Shown in pieces: positions 8,926 to 18,047 of a stretch of DNA of 32,000 nt (the first letter of the stretch is position 1; the number at the start of each line of letters is the position of its first letter). Made by a program: the position numbers and the translations under genes. The stretch is from Candidatus Hermodarchaeota archaeon (GTDB taxonomy: Archaea; Asgardarchaeota; Heimdallarchaeia; Hodarchaeales; Hodarchaeaceae), in assembly GCA_048886185.1 (NCBI GenBank), contig JBHLKY010000009.1:60001-92000 (forward strand), read 5' to 3'. Under the pieces are notes generated by a model. It searched no databases and had not been told where the DNA came from. It saw only the letters and a program-made list of their open reading frames with translations.

Positions 8926-10461
8926 TCAAAGATACATTGCTGCTTCTATTATTTCAGCTATATCTTTAATTTCTAGCGGTATAGATTTCTTTCGTGCAGT
9001 AATGTAGAAATTCATTTGACACTGAGGACAAGCAGTCGTCAAGAGATCCACATTAACTGAAGAAAAGTCTTCCTTTAATCTCATATGAGCAGAATTCATG
9101 CTTACATTATGGTTGTATGTCCAAAGACCTCCTCCTCCACCACAACAACGCGATTTATTCCTGTTAAAAGGCATTTCAACTAGTTTTAGTTCTGGTATGG
9201 CTTTCAAAACATTCCGTGGAGCATCAAACACATTACTGTGTCGGCCTAAGGAACAGGGGTCATGATAAGTTATCTTCTGTTTTAACTCCCTTAGTTCTAT
9301 CTGGCCATTCTTAATCATTTTTTCAAGGAATTGAGTTGAATGAAATGTTTTACAGGGAACAGAAACATCAAGGATCTCAGGATATAACCTTGTAAAAGTA
9401 TAATAACATCCTGCACACGGTGTAATTACTGAATCAGCTTTAGTTTTTTCAATTCTATTGATAAGCTCATTTGCAGCTTGTTTTGCTTCATCCCATAACC
9501 CTGAAGCAAGTAAAACATAGCCACAACACCCTTCATCTTTTCCTAATGTAGTAAAATTTTGTTTTGTATTAGTTAAGATATTAAAGAAAGCTCTAGCTGT
9601 ATTTGGGGTTCGATTCGCAACCACACAGCCAATGAAATAGAGATGATCAGCGTGTTTTGGAAGTTTTGTTATAGGGACATTCTTAGTCCAAGCAAGTCGT
9701 CGCTCTATAGGAACAGCGCTAGGATCTCCAAATTCTAAGATATTATTTGCAGTGGAATAAAATACTTCTGGAGCCATGTTATTTTCGACAATATGCCGTC
9801 TCATATGAACAATTGCCTCATGAAGATCTGATTTTTGAAAACATTCTCCAAAACAGCGTCCACACTTACTACAAGTATATAAAATATCAGTAATTTTGTT
9901 TGTAAGATCCAGCTCTCCTTTCATAACTCCTTTAATCAATAATCCTCTGCCTCTGGCAGAATAACTTTCGATTCCGTTAAAAAAAGGAGTTACAGTACAA
10001 TAATCACTACATATAGAAGATTGGAGGCAGGTGTTTCCGAATTTTTGTAGAAACAGTGTTTGTACAGCTAAAGCGAAATTTCGATAGGTTCCATGGCTAA
10101 TTCGAAGAAGTTTAAACAAATTGTTATGTAAATCTGATTTTTCTCGATTCTTCGTGATCTTATTATCTGGTGTGGGAATTTTTACATCATCTAACAGAAT
10201 TATTATGTTCGAGCTTGTGAAAGTAGAAGATTGATGATTGCCTCTTTGAATTAATGTTACATTCTCTTTATCAGCTGTTTCTAAAACTTTTTTTTTCTGA
10301 TCCGCTGAATATACTTTAACCACAATATCAGGCATTGGATAAGCCTGATCCATGAAAATTTGTTCAAAGGAATAAACGTATCGGTCTTCTGAGTCGGTAA
10401 GGACTTGAATTTTTGATGAAATCTGTTTTAGTTGTTCAATCAATATCTTCTGAAGCACCAT
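8926..10461 (-). CDS. Fe-S oxidoreductase (GlpC/HdrD-like): ferredoxin-like domain plus two CCG domains, with a degenerate FAD-binding-like N-terminus
   Basis: CSKCGRCFGEC, YFIGC, EGCCG, PCAGC, YHDPCSLGR, RCCGGGGG, ACPQC. Confidence 0.88.
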   Translation of the reverse strand: MVLQKILIEQLKQISSKIQVLTDSEDRYVYSFEQIFMDQAYPMPDIVVKVYSADQKKKVLETADKENVTLIQRGNHQSSTFTSSNIIILLDDVKIPTPDNKITKNREKSDLHNNLFKLLRISHGTYRNFALAVQTLFLQKFGNTCLQSSICSDYCTVTPFFNGIESYSARGRGLLIKGVMKGELDLTNKITDILYTCSKCGRCFGECFQKSDLHEAIVHMRRHIVENNMAPEVFYSTANNILEFGDPSAVPIERRLAWTKNVPITKLPKHADHLYFIGCVVANRTPNTARAFFNILTNTKQNFTTLGKDEGCCGYVLLASGLWDEAKQAANELINRIEKTKADSVITPCAGCYYTFTRLYPEILDVSVPCKTFHSTQFLEKMIKNGQIELRELKQKITYHDPCSLGRHSNVFDAPRNVLKAIPELKLVEMPFNRNKSRCCGGGGGLWTYNHNVSMNSAHMRLKEDFSSVNVDLLTTACPQCQMNFYITARKKSIPLEIKDIAEIIEAAMYL

Positions 10462-10575
10462 GTTAGTGAAGTTTAAGAGTAGAAGGTTTTTATTAGTTTC
10501 CTGAATTCAATGTGAAAACCTGTAAGTCATTCTTGATTCATAAATAGGAGTTAAAATCTCATTATTTGTAAATTT

Positions 10576-10604
10576 TGAGGGAATTATAAATTATTATACC
10601 CTCA
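10576..10604. promoter_or_regulatory. 29-bp imperfect palindrome (candidate operator) overlapping a TATA-like element in the divergent promoter upstream of dch
   Basis: TGAGGGAATTATAAATTATTATACCCTCA: 12 of 14 arm positions pair, including the outer TGAGGG/CCCTCA. Confidence 0.55.
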
Positions 10605-10638
10605 TGAAAGAATTTACACAAAGTTATGGTGATAATAA

Positions 10639-11406
10639 ATGGTAGATGATCTAATTCAAGTTGAGAAAAGTAATAATATTGGAAAAATAACATTTAACAA
10701 TGGAGACTGGAATATTTTAAATATTGCAATGATGAAGCAGATTAATGAAGCACTTGAGGGCTTTGTTAATGACCAATCTCTTAAAGCAGTCGTTATTGAC
10801 CACACTGGAAGATCATTTTCAGCAGGAGTCGATGTGGGTGAGCATATGGGTGATTTAGCTCCCAAAATGCTGAAAGAATTTCATACTATGTTTAAAAAGC
10901 TCAACCGATTGAATTGTCCAACAATTGCCAGTGTTAAGGGAGCTGCTCTCGGTGGGGGTTGCGAAGTGGCAATATTTTGTGACATTGTCCTTGCGTCCGA
11001 AAAAGCGAAGTTTGGCCAACCCGAAATAAAAGTAGGAGTCTTTCCACCTGTATCAGTAATCATATTTCCATTTCTCACTGGTAGCAAGAAAGCTTACGAA
11101 CTTCTGCTTCAAGGCGAAACTATCAGTGCAAATGAGGCACATAGTCTCGGTTTAGTCAATCATGTTTTTCCAGTTGAGGCATATGAATATGAATTTAACC
11201 AATTTCTTGAGAGATTTAGCAAATTAAGTACAGTTGTATTGCACCATACCAAAAAAGCGATTCGATTAGGAATGGCTGACAAATTCGATTCTCAAATCGA
11301 TAAAGTTGAACAATATTACCTAAATGAGCTCATGAAAACATATGACGCAAATGAGGGACTACAGGCGTTTGTTGAAAAACGATCTCCTAAATGGGAGAAT
11401 CGGTAA
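10639..11406 (+). CDS. dch: Crotonase-family enoyl-CoA hydratase, probably cyclohexa-1,5-diene-1-carbonyl-CoA hydratase
   Basis: FSAGVDVGEH, ALGGGCE, GQPEIKVGVFPP and the C-terminal VEQYYLNELMKTYDANEGLQAFVEKRSPKWENR, which closely resembles characterised Dch. The benzoyl-CoA context supports the call. Confidence 0.78.
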   Translation: MVDDLIQVEKSNNIGKITFNNGDWNILNIAMMKQINEALEGFVNDQSLKAVVIDHTGRSFSAGVDVGEHMGDLAPKMLKEFHTMFKKLNRLNCPTIASVKGAALGGGCEVAIFCDIVLASEKAKFGQPEIKVGVFPPVSVIIFPFLTGSKKAYELLLQGETISANEAHSLGLVNHVFPVEAYEYEFNQFLERFSKLSTVVLHHTKKAIRLGMADKFDSQIDKVEQYYLNELMKTYDANEGLQAFVEKRSPKWENR

Positions 11407-11468
11407 GAAAAAAAATGTCGTAAGAATTAAAAACACAATTTAATTTTACAATAAATCAAGGGATTAAC

Positions 11469-12515
11469 ATGAAAGCGGCTGTTTTTGAAAAAGTAGAAAC
11501 CCCGATGAAAATTGATGAAAATTATCCTTCTCCTGATATCACTGGGAAGTCAGGGCAAGTAATACTAAACATTGAGGCGTGTGGTGTTTGTCACACTGAT
11601 TTAGGATTTCTAGACCATGGTGTTCCAACAGGAAAAGCTCCACCATTGATTTTAGGGCATGAAATGTCAGGAATAGTAAGTGAGATGAGTGATGATGTTA
11701 CTTCCTTCAAACAAGGCGACCATGTTCTTGTTCCTGCTGTGATATCTTGTGGTAATTGTTTCTATTGCCGAACTGGACGCGAAAATATCTGTTCAAATCA
11801 GACATTTTTTGGCAGCAATGTTGATGGAGGTTTTGCACAGGAGATAATGGTTCCAGCTAAAGATATCTTTCATCTTCCTTCCGAAATTCCCTTAGAAGAA
11901 GGGTGTATCATTTCAGATGCTGTATCAACTCCTTATCATGCTGTTAAGAATCGGGGCCAGGTAAGACCAGGTGATTGGGCTGTTGTGATTGGATGTGGCG
12001 GAATAGGATTAAATGTTGTACAAAATATTAAAGCAGCTGGTGGATTGCCCATTGCTCTTGATATTATACCTAAGAAATTGGAAGTTGCTGAACGACTTGG
12101 AGCCGTTGAAGTTATTTTAACAAAAGATTTAGATAAAAGAGATATTGTTAGTAAAATAAGAAAGATAACTGGTGGAGGAGCAGATGTCGCTTTTGAAGCA
12201 ATAGGACACCCTGCAACTTTTGCTCAGGCTTTCGATAGTCTGAGAAAAGGAGGAAGACTGGTAGCAGTTGGTTATTCTCCGAAGCGATGGGATGGTTTTA
12301 ATATTGGGAGAGTAATGTTTTATGAAATGGAATTAGTAGGAAGTTTAGGTTGTCGTACTGTAGATTATCCACGCATTATTGAGTTGGTTAAAAACAAAAC
12401 TTTAGTTGTCGAACCTTTAGTAACAGGAAAATACCCTCTCTCTAAAATAAATGAAGCTTTTGATGTCATGCGGCGTGGTGAGGGTATTCGTACAGTTATA
12501 TTATGTCAAAAGTAA
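11469..12515 (+). CDS. had: Zn-dependent MDR dehydrogenase, probably 6-hydroxycyclohex-1-ene-1-carbonyl-CoA dehydrogenase
   Basis: CGVCHTDL, GHE, CGNCFYCRTGRENIC, GCGGIG, GSLGC. Directly follows dch. Confidence 0.72.
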   Translation: MKAAVFEKVETPMKIDENYPSPDITGKSGQVILNIEACGVCHTDLGFLDHGVPTGKAPPLILGHEMSGIVSEMSDDVTSFKQGDHVLVPAVISCGNCFYCRTGRENICSNQTFFGSNVDGGFAQEIMVPAKDIFHLPSEIPLEEGCIISDAVSTPYHAVKNRGQVRPGDWAVVIGCGGIGLNVVQNIKAAGGLPIALDIIPKKLEVAERLGAVEVILTKDLDKRDIVSKIRKITGGGADVAFEAIGHPATFAQAFDSLRKGGRLVAVGYSPKRWDGFNIGRVMFYEMELVGSLGCRTVDYPRIIELVKNKTLVVEPLVTGKYPLSKINEAFDVMRRGEGIRTVILCQK

Positions 12516-12557
12516 TTACTTTCTCACCTTTCTTACAGTTTTAGGATTTGAGATATA

Positions 12558-13700
12558 ATGAAAGTAGGTATTATCGGTATTGGACACAGTAGATTTGGAA
12601 GACGTGACGATGTGACAGTCCAAGAGCTTGCATTTGAGCCTTTTGTAGAAGCTTTAAATGATGCAGAAATTCAACGACAAGATATTGATGCGACAATTAT
12701 TGGAGCCTCACCTGTCTATATGACACAACGAAGTATTGCGGGACCTATCACTGAATATCTTGGTTTAAACCCACAACCTGTTTGGTTAACAGAGGCAGCT
12801 TGCAGCAGTTCTGCAGTAGCTTTGCGAACTGCATATGCCTTAATTTCTTCAAGAATGCACGAAATAGTATTGGTTTTAGGTGTGCAGAAGATGCTAGAAA
12901 ATCCAACATCAGAAGTCCTGAAGATTATGGGACGTAGTGGAGATGTTCAGTGGGAAGCTCCCTATGGGACAACTTTTGCTAATTACTATGCAATGTATGC
13001 GAACTCCCATATGGCAAAATATGGTACTACATCAGAACAACTTGCTGCTGTGGCTGTTAAAAATCATCATTATGGGTCAATGAACCCGCTAGCAATGTTT
13101 CAAAAGGAGATTAACATACAAACAGTTTTAGAATCAAGGATCATTGCCTCTCCACTGCATCTTTATGATTGTTGTGCTAATGCTGATGGTTCTGCTGCTC
13201 TTATTGTTGTGAATGAGGAAAAAGCTAAACAACTGTCTGATGCACCAATTTGGATTTCTGGTTTAGGTGCCGCCACTGCACCTTTCTCTCTTCTAACTCG
13301 TCCTGAACTAGCAACTTTATCCAGTGCTGTTGAGGCCTCACGAATGGCTTATGATCAGGCAAAAATTAACTCAGGTGATATAGATGTTGCAGAAGTTCAT
13401 GATTGCTTTACGATTGCTGAAATCATGGCATATGAGGATTTAGGATTCACAGAAAGAGGGAAAGGAGGAGAATTTGTAGAGGAAGCTTATGTTGGTGGAA
13501 AGATTCCAGTTAACGTCGATGGTGGACTGAAAGCTAAGGGACATCCTGTTGGAGCTACTGGTTGTTCTCAGGTTGTTGGGATCGTCAAACAACTTCGTGG
13601 AGACGCAGGAAAAAGTCAAGTCGATGGCGCTGAGATTGGATTGACACATAATGTAGGTGGACATGGTCAATACTGTGTAGTACATATTTTTTCTAAGTGA
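12558..13700 (+). CDS. Archaeal/SCP2-type thiolase
   Basis: EAACSSSAVA (catalytic Cys), EVHDCFT, GGLKAKGHPVGATG, HNVGG. Confidence 0.92.
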   Translation: MKVGIIGIGHSRFGRRDDVTVQELAFEPFVEALNDAEIQRQDIDATIIGASPVYMTQRSIAGPITEYLGLNPQPVWLTEAACSSSAVALRTAYALISSRMHEIVLVLGVQKMLENPTSEVLKIMGRSGDVQWEAPYGTTFANYYAMYANSHMAKYGTTSEQLAAVAVKNHHYGSMNPLAMFQKEINIQTVLESRIIASPLHLYDCCANADGSAALIVVNEEKAKQLSDAPIWISGLGAATAPFSLLTRPELATLSSAVEASRMAYDQAKINSGDIDVAEVHDCFTIAEIMAYEDLGFTERGKGGEFVEEAYVGGKIPVNVDGGLKAKGHPVGATGCSQVVGIVKQLRGDAGKSQVDGAEIGLTHNVGGHGQYCVVHIFSK

Positions 13701-13711
13701 GGTGCGAAACA

Positions 13712-14923
13712 ATGAAGCAATTTGGGTACAAAGATTATATTTCTCAATCAAAGATTGGCGCACGCTTTCTGAAAGCTTTGAGAGAAGGAAGATTAGAGGG
13801 AACCAAATGTAATAAATGTTCTACCCTTTATTATCCTCCTAGAGCTAATTGTAAAGAATGTCTTACCGATAAATTTATAGAACCCGTAGAATTTTCCGGA
13901 GAAGGGAAAATTTTATCTTTCTCTGAAGTTCATGTTCCTCCCGCTGGTTTTGAGCGTTTTGCTCCGTACACAGTTACAGTTATTGATTTAAAGGAAGGCG
14001 GGAGATTAGTAGCTTGGGTAGATGACGTTACGGAACCACTTAAGATTGGTGAGGATGTCTTGGTTAAGCCAGAGATTGTTGAGGGTGATAGGGTGATTTA
14101 TAGGGTTCTGAGAGGAGAAGAAATATCTGTCCTCTTTGAAGAGATTTCTGTGACGAAAGAGGCTTTAGTTAAACCAAAAAGATTGCTGGGAAAAGTGGCT
14201 ATTGTCACAGGAGCAGGGAAAGGAATTGGTAGAGAAATTGCTTTGGAATATGCGAGAGAGGGAGCCAAGGTTGTAGTTGCAGCGAGGACACAATCAGATA
14301 TTGATTCCCTAGTAGCAGAGATTTCAGAATTAAGGAGCGAAGCTTATGCTATTCCCTGTGATGTTTCTAAGGTTGAAGATGTACAACGCTTGGTTACAAG
14401 AGCACTAAATAAATTTCAAAGGATAGACATTCTCGTAAACAATGCTGGTATCTCTCGAAGTGCTTTAATTTCCAAAATGTCGGATGAACTGTGGAATTCA
14501 GTTATTAACGTTAATTTGACAGGCACATTCAATTGTGTTCGGGCGATATCTTCTCATTTCATGGAGAAAAGACCTCTCGGTGGAAAAATCATAAATTTTA
14601 CATCTACAGCTGCAAAGTACGGTAATCTAGGTCAAGCTGCATATGCTGCATCCAAATGGGGAATTATTGCATTTTCAAAAACCGCGGCCCGAGAATTAGC
14701 TCGTTATAAAGTCAATGTTAATTGTATAATGCCAGGATACATTGAAACAGCAATGACTGCAGATACTCCCTCTGTTTACAAGGAACAAACCATTGCTCAA
14801 ATTCCCCAAATGCGAATTGGCTATCCAACGGATGTAGCAAAAGTAGCAGTGTTCCTAGCGTCAGAAGAATCTGATTACATGACAGGTGGAGTGGTTCAAG
14901 TCGATGGTGGATTAAGAATGTGA
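13712..14923 (+). CDS. DUF35 (Zn-ribbon + OB-fold) fused to a FabG-like short-chain dehydrogenase
   Basis: N-terminal CNKCSTLYYPPRANCKEC...GKILSFSEVHVPP...APY; C-terminal TGAGKGIG, NNAG, YAASK, PGYIETAMT, VDGG. ATG 13712 after GAGGTG. Confidence 0.9.
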   Translation: MKQFGYKDYISQSKIGARFLKALREGRLEGTKCNKCSTLYYPPRANCKECLTDKFIEPVEFSGEGKILSFSEVHVPPAGFERFAPYTVTVIDLKEGGRLVAWVDDVTEPLKIGEDVLVKPEIVEGDRVIYRVLRGEEISVLFEEISVTKEALVKPKRLLGKVAIVTGAGKGIGREIALEYAREGAKVVVAARTQSDIDSLVAEISELRSEAYAIPCDVSKVEDVQRLVTRALNKFQRIDILVNNAGISRSALISKMSDELWNSVINVNLTGTFNCVRAISSHFMEKRPLGGKIINFTSTAAKYGNLGQAAYAASKWGIIAFSKTAARELARYKVNVNCIMPGYIETAMTADTPSVYKEQTIAQIPQMRIGYPTDVAKVAVFLASEESDYMTGGVVQVDGGLRM

Positions 14924-14935
14924 GTAATGTTCCCA

Positions 14936-15361
14936 TTACAGAGTTACTCGTGACACCAGTTGTATCGAGAGATATTTTATTCCTTGAATAGCACGAAACT
15001 TCTTTACCAATGATCGAATATTTATTGCTTCATCACTAACAATAAGATTCTCTAAACACTCATTTGATTGAATGTGGTGATGATAGGAGTACGAGAGATT
15101 CAAATCATGTTGAGCTTCTATAAATTGGGAGATTGTAGCTAAATCATGGTGATTATAAACAACAGATATAATTACTGTTATTTTTACTGAATCATGTATA
15201 GTCTCCAGTCCTTTTTCTGACTCAAAGAAATTTTGGAGAGCATCTCGTATCATCTGTGATTTATTCTGGTATCCAAATTCTTTTACCTTAGTAGATATTA
15301 GCTCTTTAAACTCTGGATCACATGAAAATGTAATTGTTTCACGTACGCCTCTTCCTGCCAT
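14936..15361 (-). CDS. nikR: Nickel-responsive regulator (RHH + ACT-like)
   Basis: RHH N-terminus TITFSCD...KSQMIRDAL; QH and HHHIQSNEC fit the NikR His/His-x-His-x5-Cys Ni site. Confidence 0.82.
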   Translation of the reverse strand: MAGRGVRETITFSCDPEFKELISTKVKEFGYQNKSQMIRDALQNFFESEKGLETIHDSVKITVIISVVYNHHDLATISQFIEAQHDLNLSYSYHHHIQSNECLENLIVSDEAINIRSLVKKFRAIQGIKYLSIQLVSRVTL

Positions 15362-15385
15362 TAAAATCCCTTTCTTGGTTAATAA

Positions 15386-16159
15386 TTAGTTTATTTTGAA
15401 TTCTTGTTGATAAAATTCTTCAAATGAAGAAAAATCACCTTTTATCTGCCCTTCTTTAAGTAACACAATTCTATCAGCAATTTTCATCATTTCAAAATCC
15501 TGTGAAATAACTATAACTGTTCTTTTTTTTCTAAATGATTCAATTATTGATACCATTTTGGGTTTAGACCAGGGATCAATACCAATGGTTGGTTCATCTA
15601 GCACAATTACCTCTGGTTCCATTGCTAACATCCCCGCAAAAGCTACTTTTTTTTTCTCCCCAAAAGATAAGTTAAAAGTTATTCTATCTCGTAGATGAGT
15701 GATATTGACTTCTTCTAATACTCTCTCCACTCTTTCTTTCACGTCACTTTCAGGAAGTTTCATATTTCTAGGGCCAAAAGCGATGTCATCATATACTTTA
15801 GGATAGAATATTTGCTCATCTGGATTTTGAAATACCAATCCAACTGATTTTTGAACTAATTTTCTATTTTTCCGAGTAATAGAATTCCCTAAAACAATTA
15901 CTTCTCCCTCTTGAGGTAGAGTTAAACCATTAAAGTGTTTCATCAAAGTTGTTTTTCCAGATCCATTGGGCCCAGCAATAACCGTTAAGGCATTTTTAGC
16001 AAACTTTACTGAAATGTCACTTAATACTAGAGGCTCTTTCTTAACGTAACGGAAAGACAAATTATGCACTTCAATGATACTATCTGACAAAAATTTCTCA
16101 TTATTTTCCTTTATGATTATCATTTTAGTAACCACAGACTCTTTATTCGAAATCACCAA
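15386..16159 (-). CDS. cbiO: ECF transporter ATPase (CbiO/NikO)
   Basis: GPNGSGKTT, VFQNPDEQ, LSFGEKKK, LDEP. Confidence 0.92.
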   Translation of the reverse strand: MVISNKESVVTKMIIIKENNEKFLSDSIIEVHNLSFRYVKKEPLVLSDISVKFAKNALTVIAGPNGSGKTTLMKHFNGLTLPQEGEVIVLGNSITRKNRKLVQKSVGLVFQNPDEQIFYPKVYDDIAFGPRNMKLPESDVKERVERVLEEVNITHLRDRITFNLSFGEKKKVAFAGMLAMEPEVIVLDEPTIGIDPWSKPKMVSIIESFRKKRTVIVISQDFEMMKIADRIVLLKEGQIKGDFSSFEEFYQQEFKIN

Positions 16160-16941
16160 TCCAAGCTGACTATCATAATTAATAGGGTAAGAATCAGGAT
16201 TATCGTAAGAAAAATGATTCCATTTGATCTCCAGGGTATTCTAGGGTGTGGAATTTTTCCTGAAAATCCTCTTGCGGAAAGAGTGGCTGAAATATGTTCA
16301 GCTCTTTTGAATGATCGTGCTAATGCTGAACCAATAATGTTTCCTGTAATTTTCAAGGAATTAAAATTTAAAAACAGTTTTTGACCATAAAAACGGTTTG
16401 ATCTGGCTTCTAGAACTCGTTTAAACTCTTCTTCCATGAGGAAGAAAGATCTATAAGTTAGAAAGGTCAAATTAGTTAAAAAACTAGGTAAAAACAAATC
16501 ATTCAAACCGTAAATTGTCTCAAAAAATGTTTCCTCTGAATTTATCATTGTTAAAACAAAGAATACGATTAATAAGCTTCGGGCTCCTGAAAAAATTGCA
16601 AAAGAAACATTAGTATGCGTTGTAGTATATAATACAGTCTTATACACTGTTATAGAAGGATTAAAAGAAAGAAATGATATTACAGTCAGAGAAAGAATTA
16701 TAGGTGTCGCTAAGATACTATATTTCAACATTCTTCTTCTTGGTTTGAATACTAGTAAAAATATTAAGAAAATCAGAAAGAACCAAAAAAGCTGTTGTAG
16801 ATTTACTATTAGGGAACATGCAAGAACAACAATAAATGTAGCTAATATCTTACTCCGAACATCGACTAGCTGGCTTTTTTCTTCTTCAAAAGGATAATGA
16901 GTGTGTGATTGCTGATTGTGTATATCCTTTCCCTCTATCAA
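16153..16941 (-). CDS. cbiQ: ECF transmembrane T component (CbiQ/NikQ)
   Basis: DVRSKI, TM helices, ARS and ARGF (Ala-Arg-X) motifs. Confidence 0.85.
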   Translation of the reverse strand: MIEGKDIHNQQSHTHYPFEEEKSQLVDVRSKILATFIVVLACSLIVNLQQLFWFFLIFLIFLLVFKPRRRMLKYSILATPIILSLTVISFLSFNPSITVYKTVLYTTTHTNVSFAIFSGARSLLIVFFVLTMINSEETFFETIYGLNDLFLPSFLTNLTFLTYRSFFLMEEEFKRVLEARSNRFYGQKLFLNFNSLKITGNIIGSALARSFKRAEHISATLSARGFSGKIPHPRIPWRSNGIIFLTIILILTLLIMIVSLDW

Positions 16942-16963
16942 AGAATGGTCGTATTAACAAATG

Positions 16964-17278
16964 TTAATTGGAAGTTTCAGTTGATTTTTTGTGTCGTACA
17001 ATAGCGATTGGAATAAGTAAGACTCCCATTACAAATAATATTCCTATAAGACCTGAAAAAATTATAGATAATTGTTCATTGCCTATCAATTGGAAAAGTA
17101 GGGAGTTTTTTGACCCATAATCACTAAGTATACCTAAATCAAATACGTTTCCTTCAGATGCATAATCATCAGCAGCACTTTCAAGGCCATCTGGATTGGG
17201 ATCTGCAAAAGGGGCTAATAGAAGAAAAATCGTCAATATAGTAATAACTCCAATTGTCAACTTCGTTTTTGATTTCAT
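16964..17278 (-). CDS. PDGLE-domain accessory membrane component (NikN-like)
   Basis: NPDGLES motif flanked by two TM segments, lying between the M and Q genes. Confidence 0.85.
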   Translation of the reverse strand: MKSKTKLTIGVITILTIFLLLAPFADPNPDGLESAADDYASEGNVFDLGILSDYGSKNSLLFQLIGNEQLSIIFSGLIGILFVMGVLLIPIAIVRHKKSTETSN

Positions 17279-17282
17279 AAAA

Positions 17283-17969
17283 TCATCTCTTTGTGTTTGA
17301 GATTTTAGGAAATGGTTTTGTTACCGCCAGAAAGACGTTCATTTCAATTGTATTGAAGTATATCACAATGAAAGTTGTAATAAAGCCTTCAGCAATCCCA
17401 ATTAACGTGTGATAGAAAAGAATAGTTGGTAATGTGACCGTAAAAGGGATTGTTGCTAGATTATTAAAAATAGGTATTCCTATTTCTATAGCAGCAAAGA
17501 ATGAACCCATTAAAACAGATAAAAAAGCACCAAGAAAGACACCACCATAATAGCGTATCTTATGGGCTTCAGGCTCAATATTAAGCATTAATTGTCGGAT
17601 TATAATGTATCCAACTAAAACTCCAACTATAGCCATATTGAAAATGTTAGCACCAAGAGCTATTATTCCTCCATCGGCAAAAAGAAGAGCTTGGATTAAG
17701 AGAACAATTGTAATTACTAAAATTCCCCCCCATGGACCCACAATGGAGGCAGCTAATGCTCCACCCAGTAAATGCCCAGAAGTTCCCCCAATAATCGGAA
17801 AATTTAACATCTGAGCTGCAAAGATGGTTCCTCCTAATACAGCCATATAAGTGATTCTAGTTTCGTCAAAATCTCGCGTTTTATATAGACATAGTACTAA
17901 TACAGATACCGTTATAATCCATGTTACAAGTAAGAATGCAGGATCCACCCAACCATCAGGAATATGCAT
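17283..17969 (-). CDS. cbiM: ECF S component CbiM/NikM
   Basis: MHIPDG N-terminus (NikM-type), FAAQMLNFPI, GTSGHLLGG, GANIFNM, HTLIGIAEG. Confidence 0.92.
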   Translation of the reverse strand: MHIPDGWVDPAFLLVTWIITVSVLVLCLYKTRDFDETRITYMAVLGGTIFAAQMLNFPIIGGTSGHLLGGALAASIVGPWGGILVITIVLLIQALLFADGGIIALGANIFNMAIVGVLVGYIIIRQLMLNIEPEAHKIRYYGGVFLGAFLSVLMGSFFAAIEIGIPIFNNLATIPFTVTLPTILFYHTLIGIAEGFITTFIVIYFNTIEMNVFLAVTKPFPKISNTKR

Positions 17970-18047
17970 AAACTTTAAACCTCGTTGAGGTCTTGTTTCT
18001 AAAAGGGAACTTACTTTTTAGGTTCACAATACAAGAAATATCTATTT

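Noticed and set aside
10639-11406. Crotonase as the ring-opening hydrolase Oah
   Set aside because: At 255 aa with a Dch-like C-terminus it fits Dch; Oah/BamA proteins are considerably longer.
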